IMG/VR virus record: IMGVR_UViG_3300049009_000227
Location: 1 to 30,456 of that record
Length of the DNA: 30,456 nt
Source of the DNA: a virus
Lineage: Duplodnaviria; Caudoviricetes
Direction: 5' to 3' (one strand)
The position numbers were made by a program, and so were the translations under genes. The notes under the pieces are model-generated. The model was not told where the DNA came from, did not search any database, and was given only the letters and a program-made list of their open reading frames with translations. Below, piece after piece: positions 26,694-30,456 of this stretch. Positions within the stretch are counted from its first letter, which is position 1. Each line of letters opens with the position of its first letter.

Positions 26694-26978
26694 TCATTTC
26701 CAAAACTCCTCTGGAACAATATCCACATAAATCGGATTCCGCTGAGGGGCTTTAGCATTCAGAATGTTGAAGTGCATATACTCTTCAGCAGTATCGAAGT
26801 CCATCATGTCTTGCTCCATCAAGTGAGCCATGATACGCTCCGTGGAATACACAGCGACTGTACCTTCCTCAGTCTGGGCTAGTCCAATGAATGCGTGAGG
26901 CAGACCATCTGCGACAACGATATCTTCATCGATGTCGGCTAAGAATTCCTTAAGGAGTTGGTCGTTGGATTTGCTCAT
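26694..26978 (-). CDS. Conserved acidic hypothetical phage protein
   Basis: 94 aa; ADG...AFIG...VAVYS...AEEY..FNI...PIY pattern; ATGA-coupled. Confidence 0.8.
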   Translation of the reverse strand: MSKSNDQLLKEFLADIDEDIVVADGLPHAFIGLAQTEEGTVAVYSTERIMAHLMEQDMMDFDTAEEYMHFNILNAKAPQRNPIYVDIVPEEFWK

Positions 26979-27208
26979 TTGATTCGGTAGTGAGGGATAG
27001 GGCGAGTGACCATGCCAGACTTCACACGATACATACGGACTTCAAGAAGATTATTCTTGAGGGCGATGTTTAGTTTACGGGAGATGATAGGCTCAGAAAG
27101 ATTCCACAACTTCTGGATTTCCCTGCGTGTGTAAAAGCCTTTTTCTGGCTTCTCACATACTGCTTTACCAAACAGTTTCTCCATAGCCTTGAGGTCTTTA
27201 GGGGTCAT
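26975..27208 (-). CDS. Small basic wHTH-like protein (77 aa)
   Basis: Start re-called at ATG 27208 (ATGA overlap); GFYTRREIQKLWNLSEPIISRKL helix-turn-helix pattern. Confidence 0.7.
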   Translation of the reverse strand: MTPKDLKAMEKLFGKAVCEKPEKGFYTRREIQKLWNLSEPIISRKLNIALKNNLLEVRMYRVKSGMVTRPIPHYRIK

Positions 27209-27363
27209 CGGAAGAATAGAATCTTTAAGGCGGCGGCTACCGAAACAACCCAAGCAACTCCAAGCAGGATATTAACTACAAGTCTTTCCTTGCGGTAGTA
27301 TCGAGCCTGTCGGTCAAGTTCCCTGTAGTGTTCGGGAGGAGTGAAGTCCATTGGGTTTCTCAT
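27205..27363 (-). CDS. Small protein with C-terminal TM helix (52 aa)
   Basis: Start re-called at ATG 27363 (ATGA overlap); ends LVVNILLGVAWVVSVAAALKILFFR. Confidence 0.65.
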   Translation of the reverse strand: MRNPMDFTPPEHYRELDRQARYYRKERLVVNILLGVAWVVSVAAALKILFFR

Positions 27364-27800
27364 ACGCTCGGCTTGCCCTCCTTGTACATCTGGCAAAGTT
27401 TCTGCCAATTGTCAGACCTAAGTTTCCACATCTCAACATTTTCCTTGAGACGGGAGTTCTCTTCCTTGAGTTTGATAAATGCCATCACATCTACGGCAGT
27501 CAAAAGCGACCACAGTTTAAGTGCCTCGACCTCGGCCTCCAACTCATCGCAACGCTTCTCATATGCGTATTCATTTGCGTTTTGGAGGTAAGAGTCGGCG
27601 GCAGACAGGCGTTCCACTTCTGACTTGAGGAACGAGATTTCGACCCTTGCGTGGGACAGGTCGGACTCAAGCCCTCGACCCCAAGCGGTCATCTTGGAAA
27701 AGTCTGCAAGCAGGGTTTCGTAAGCGTCAGCCATACGAGTAGCCTGTTGCGTATAGACGAGGTTGAGGACAGTTTTTCTGTCGAGGTGTTGCTGGCTCAT
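27360..27800 (-). CDS. Coiled-coil hypothetical protein with LKAEVERL-type repeats
   Basis: 146 aa; LKSEVERL, LEAEVEAL, ENSRLKENVE; coupled on both sides. Confidence 0.75.
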   Translation of the reverse strand: MSQQHLDRKTVLNLVYTQQATRMADAYETLLADFSKMTAWGRGLESDLSHARVEISFLKSEVERLSAADSYLQNANEYAYEKRCDELEAEVEALKLWSLLTAVDVMAFIKLKEENSRLKENVEMWKLRSDNWQKLCQMYKEGKPSV

Positions 27801-28015
27801 TTTTTGTATTTTAGTTTGTAGAGTGCTTTGCCGTGTTCATCGTGCGACTTTTGAAGGCTGGCGATAAGGTTGTTAACCTGTTTCTCCAGCCGCTCGACCT
27901 CGGCCTTGAGGCTAGCGTAGTCGGAATACTCAACATATTCCCCTGCAGGAGATTCAACCATATCGGCATCAAAGCAACAATTCAGTTCTTCTACCTTATA
28001 TCGTTTTACGCTCAT
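27797..28015 (-). CDS. Hypothetical protein with GEYVEYSDY and LKAEVERL motifs
   Basis: 72 aa, ATGA-coupled on both sides. Confidence 0.75.
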   Translation of the reverse strand: MSVKRYKVEELNCCFDADMVESPAGEYVEYSDYASLKAEVERLEKQVNNLIASLQKSHDEHGKALYKLKYKK

Positions 28016-28749
28016 AGTCCTTTTACAGAATAGATAAATTCTTTTCCCACACGATGGGCTTGCCAGACCTTCCAGTCATTGCCTTGGGTGAACCCGTAAG
28101 TCCATCCAGACCCCCACTTGCTGGTCGCTAGGCGGTTCTTAGCGTAGTCGGGGGACTTATGGCATAGGCATCCACCAGAGAAGCCTACAGCACCCATATG
28201 CTTACGGGCGTTGACTTGCTGGATAGAATGCAAGTGACCCATAATGACAGCACCCTGCGGTTCGGCATAATGGATTGCGTGTTCCTCTACGGCACGGACA
28301 CCACAGGTATAGCCGTGTACGAAGGCAACCTTGCCTAGACGATGCACACCTTCTTCAGCGTGGTAATCGTAAATCTTCTTGCAACCATTCTTCTTTAGGT
28401 GATTGCGGATATCGCTTTTGAGGTCGTGGCAGTAGTCAACCATCATCCCGTGCGTAGAGCCGTTGATGATTTGGTCGAGTCTGTCATCGTGATTCCCGTT
28501 TAGAAAAATAGTAGGCTGGACACGGGTGATAAATTCCTTGCCAGCCTTGACATCAGCGACCAGAGATTCATCTTCTTCCTTCCGTCCTGCACCCCTGCGG
28601 ATAGAACGGAAATCGAAATTGTCTCCAAGGTGGATGACCTCGTCTGGGTCGAACCACTTTAGGAATTTGTAAAATTGCTTGGCAACATCTTCATCGATGT
28701 GGTCTCCGTGGTTATCGCCCACGGCTACGAACTTAATTAGTTTGCTCAT
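28012..28749 (-). CDS. Calcineurin-like metallophosphoesterase
   Basis: Start re-called at ATG 28749 (MSKLIKFVAVGDNHG, 245 aa); all five motifs present: DNH, GDNFD, GNHD, FVHG, GHLH. Confidence 0.9.
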   Translation of the reverse strand: MSKLIKFVAVGDNHGDHIDEDVAKQFYKFLKWFDPDEVIHLGDNFDFRSIRRGAGRKEEDESLVADVKAGKEFITRVQPTIFLNGNHDDRLDQIINGSTHGMMVDYCHDLKSDIRNHLKKNGCKKIYDYHAEEGVHRLGKVAFVHGYTCGVRAVEEHAIHYAEPQGAVIMGHLHSIQQVNARKHMGAVGFSGGCLCHKSPDYAKNRLATSKWGSGWTYGFTQGNDWKVWQAHRVGKEFIYSVKGL

Positions 28750-28939
28750 TGGAAATATCGAATGTGTCGTTACGCAAGACCTTGAATTGGTCGGTACGCA
28801 TATGACGGATAACTCCGTCTTTTTCAAATACAATAGCAAAGATGTCGTTAGACCAAGTCCCGCCATCCCGCACATACATCAGCCAGCCGTAGCCGATGTC
28901 GGTGCTGACTGGGATTGGGTTGCGGAATTCGTGAATCAT
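28733..28939 (-). CDS. Small beta-rich hypothetical protein
   Basis: 68 aa, MIHEFRNPIPV...GYGW..YVRDGG; ATGA-coupled. Confidence 0.75.
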   Translation of the reverse strand: MIHEFRNPIPVSTDIGYGWLMYVRDGGTWSNDIFAIVFEKDGVIRHMRTDQFKVLRNDTFDISNEQTN

Positions 28940-29181
28940 TTTAGGTTACGCAGGTGTTCAAGGTCTTCCAGCGTCCGCATCCAGCGTCCGTGGTCGCACT
29001 CAGCCTCAATCTTCCAGTAGCGTACACGCCCCTCAAGCATACTGACTTCAGCCTTAAGGCGGGTGTTCTCCTCTGCCAAGGCACGGCACTCGTTGCCTAG
29101 ATTCAATACGCTCTTTGCAAGGCTAGTCTTGATTGGGTCTTCAAAACTATGTTCGTAGAACACTAACTTTGGGGTGTCCAT
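28936..29181 (-). CDS. Coiled-coil hypothetical protein
   Basis: 81 aa; contains EENTRLKAEV; part of the overlapping - strand gene chain. Confidence 0.7.
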   Translation of the reverse strand: MDTPKLVFYEHSFEDPIKTSLAKSVLNLGNECRALAEENTRLKAEVSMLEGRVRYWKIEAECDHGRWMRTLEDLEHLRNLK

Positions 29182-29384
29182 TTGTTCAGAGGTTTAGCAA
29201 AAAGTCTAGCCCACCTGCTTTTGTTGGCATCAAAGCACGAAGCGGTGATAGAACGCTCCCAGCCTGTCTGCTTTTTTCCAGCCAGAACGCTACCCGTTCG
29301 TTTCGGTAGCGAACTTCTTCCGCTAGGTCTCTGCTCATTTGGGAGTGCAAGTAACTGCTTTGCATAGTCGCTTAGAGGGGGCAT
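29163..29384 (-). CDS. Small basic hypothetical protein
   Basis: 73-aa ATG ORF that tiles the - strand gene chain. Confidence 0.6.
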   Translation of the reverse strand: MPPLSDYAKQLLALPNEQRPSGRSSLPKRTGSVLAGKKQTGWERSITASCFDANKSRWARLFAKPLNKWTPQS

Positions 29385-29665
29385 AGTTTACGCTTCTGTA
29401 AAAGCATTTTGCATACATTGAACTCACGCACGGAGCGTTGGTTCTTAGGGATAAGAAGAAGGTCGTAGTACTTGAGCAACTGCCTGTCATCAAACTTTCC
29501 TAACTGTTCTTCGTAGCCAGCCTCCCACTCGTTTTTCAGAGTAGGAAGATTGTAACGGGTCTTGCACTTAGCAATGGAAGTATGGTTAAGATTGAACCTA
29601 GCCCCCGCTTGCTTGGCTGTCAGCCCTTCGACTAGGGCGAGTCGGTATGCGTCTAGAGATGTCAT
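29372..29665 (-). CDS. HTH-containing hypothetical protein
   Basis: 97 aa; EGLTAKQAGARFNLNHTSI helix-turn-helix pattern. Confidence 0.7.
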   Translation of the reverse strand: MTSLDAYRLALVEGLTAKQAGARFNLNHTSIAKCKTRYNLPTLKNEWEAGYEEQLGKFDDRQLLKYYDLLLIPKNQRSVREFNVCKMLLQKRKLCPL

Positions 29666-30036
29666 AGAGCCTTAGTGCGTACCCAAGCCTTGATGGATTC
29701 TTGGTTTAACTTTCCGTTAACTAGGTTGTCTCCTGCTTCTTGTAAATCTTTAATCTTACAACGAGCCTCAGCCAAGTCGCTGAGAATCTTGGACGGGGTA
29801 GGTGAGTTGAGACGCTCAAGGAGTTCCTTGGCATCCATAGCCAGCACCACAGCCGCACCCTTGAGGGAGTTACTCCTAAGAGTATACTCTCCCTGCGTGG
29901 GTTGGAAGCCGTTGGATGCGTCTAGGATTTCTTGTGCTTTATCCACAGGGAGACTGATATAATTCAGTTTCTTGTTTCTGTGCGAGACTGCGTGGCGAAG
30001 GTAGGAAATCCCGTGGGACTTAATACTGTACGCCAT
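29662..30036 (-). CDS. Hypothetical protein
   Basis: Start re-called at ATG 30036 (MAYSIKSHG, 124 aa); stop overlaps the next ATG. Confidence 0.7.
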   Translation of the reverse strand: MAYSIKSHGISYLRHAVSHRNKKLNYISLPVDKAQEILDASNGFQPTQGEYTLRSNSLKGAAVVLAMDAKELLERLNSPTPSKILSDLAEARCKIKDLQEAGDNLVNGKLNQESIKAWVRTKAL

Positions 30037-30223
30037 TCTTGTCTGCTTCAGCAAACATCTTCGACAGTTCCTGCGTGTTCACACGCTTCATCTTCTTCTC
30101 GATAATGAAGTTGATGTAAGTCTGCTGGTGAATCTTCGTAGGCTTGAGGAGACGGGCAACACGACCATCGCTGAGGATGATGTAGTTAGTATTCAGATAC
30201 TGTTTGGCTTCTAGGGAGGACAT
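30020..30223 (-). CDS. Small hypothetical protein
   Basis: 67-aa ATG ORF; YIILSDGRVARLLKP beta-hairpin pattern; A/C-rich leader. Confidence 0.7.
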   Translation of the reverse strand: MSSLEAKQYLNTNYIILSDGRVARLLKPTKIHQQTYINFIIEKKMKRVNTQELSKMFAEADKNGVQY

Positions 30224-30247
30224 AGGATTTATTGGTTAGGGTTAGAA

Positions 30248-30456
30248 TTAGAACGGAACTTCGTCTTGGGTTGCAGTCGGAGGCTCGATGTCACCATTGG
30301 CGATAGCCCAGAGGCGTTCGGCTTCAGCCTTGACACGGAGGTCACGGGGGCTGATTTCGGTGTTGTCACCAAACGGCTTGGGCTTCCAGACATTAGCGAA
30401 GTAGTTTAGGTCACCGAACTTGACGCTTCGGTCAGAGGACTTCAGCGGGAGTTGGG
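30248..30456 (-). CDS. 3' end of a gene running off the window; ends in an SSB-like acidic tail (SSB or single-strand annealing protein candidate)
   Basis: Hand translation: ...QLPLKSSDRSVKFGDLNYFANVWKPKPFGDNTEISPRDLRVKAEAERLWAIANGDIEPPTATQDEVPF then TAA (30250-30248); C-ending codon bias like the capsid gene. Confidence 0.7.
   Translation of the reverse strand, partial: QLPLKSSDRSVKFGDLNYFANVWKPKPFGDNTEISPRDLRVKAEAERLWAIANGDIEPPTATQDEVPF

Noticed and set aside
1-30456. Stop-codon reassignment, CRISPR array, integrase, introns or inteins
   Set aside because: Genes tile densely in the standard code with TAA, TGA and TAG all used as stops; no suppressor tRNA, regularly spaced repeats, recombinase or intein motifs were seen.

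Overview
About 30 kb of a tailed dsDNA phage genome with a podovirus-like gene set. From left to right it contains: (i) a ~1.25 kb non-coding region with six tRNA genes (Thr-UGU, Asn-GUU, Arg-UCU, Gln-UUG, Leu-UAA, Met/Ile2-CAU) and three unannotated, strongly base-paired segments that look like structured ncRNAs; (ii) a + strand packaging and virion operon (terminase large subunit, small wHTH protein, portal, scaffold, DUF5309/SU10-type major capsid, adaptor, nozzle, tail fibre plus chaperones, ejection proteins); (iii) a 2859-aa polyvalent ejection protein in which a zincin HExxH peptidase precedes cargo modules (two ADP-ribosyltransferase-like domains, a GNAT, an unknown domain), each bounded by a recurring xx-K-P motif and bracketed by a duplicated ~60-aa domain; (iv) a holin and a lipoprotein with C-terminal TM helices, with no endolysin seen; (v) a convergent - strand cluster of small genes including a metallophosphoesterase. 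The genetic code is standard, Shine-Dalgarno motifs are scarce, and GATC and AGCT appear strongly avoided. All calls come from manual reading; no searches or folding programs were run.
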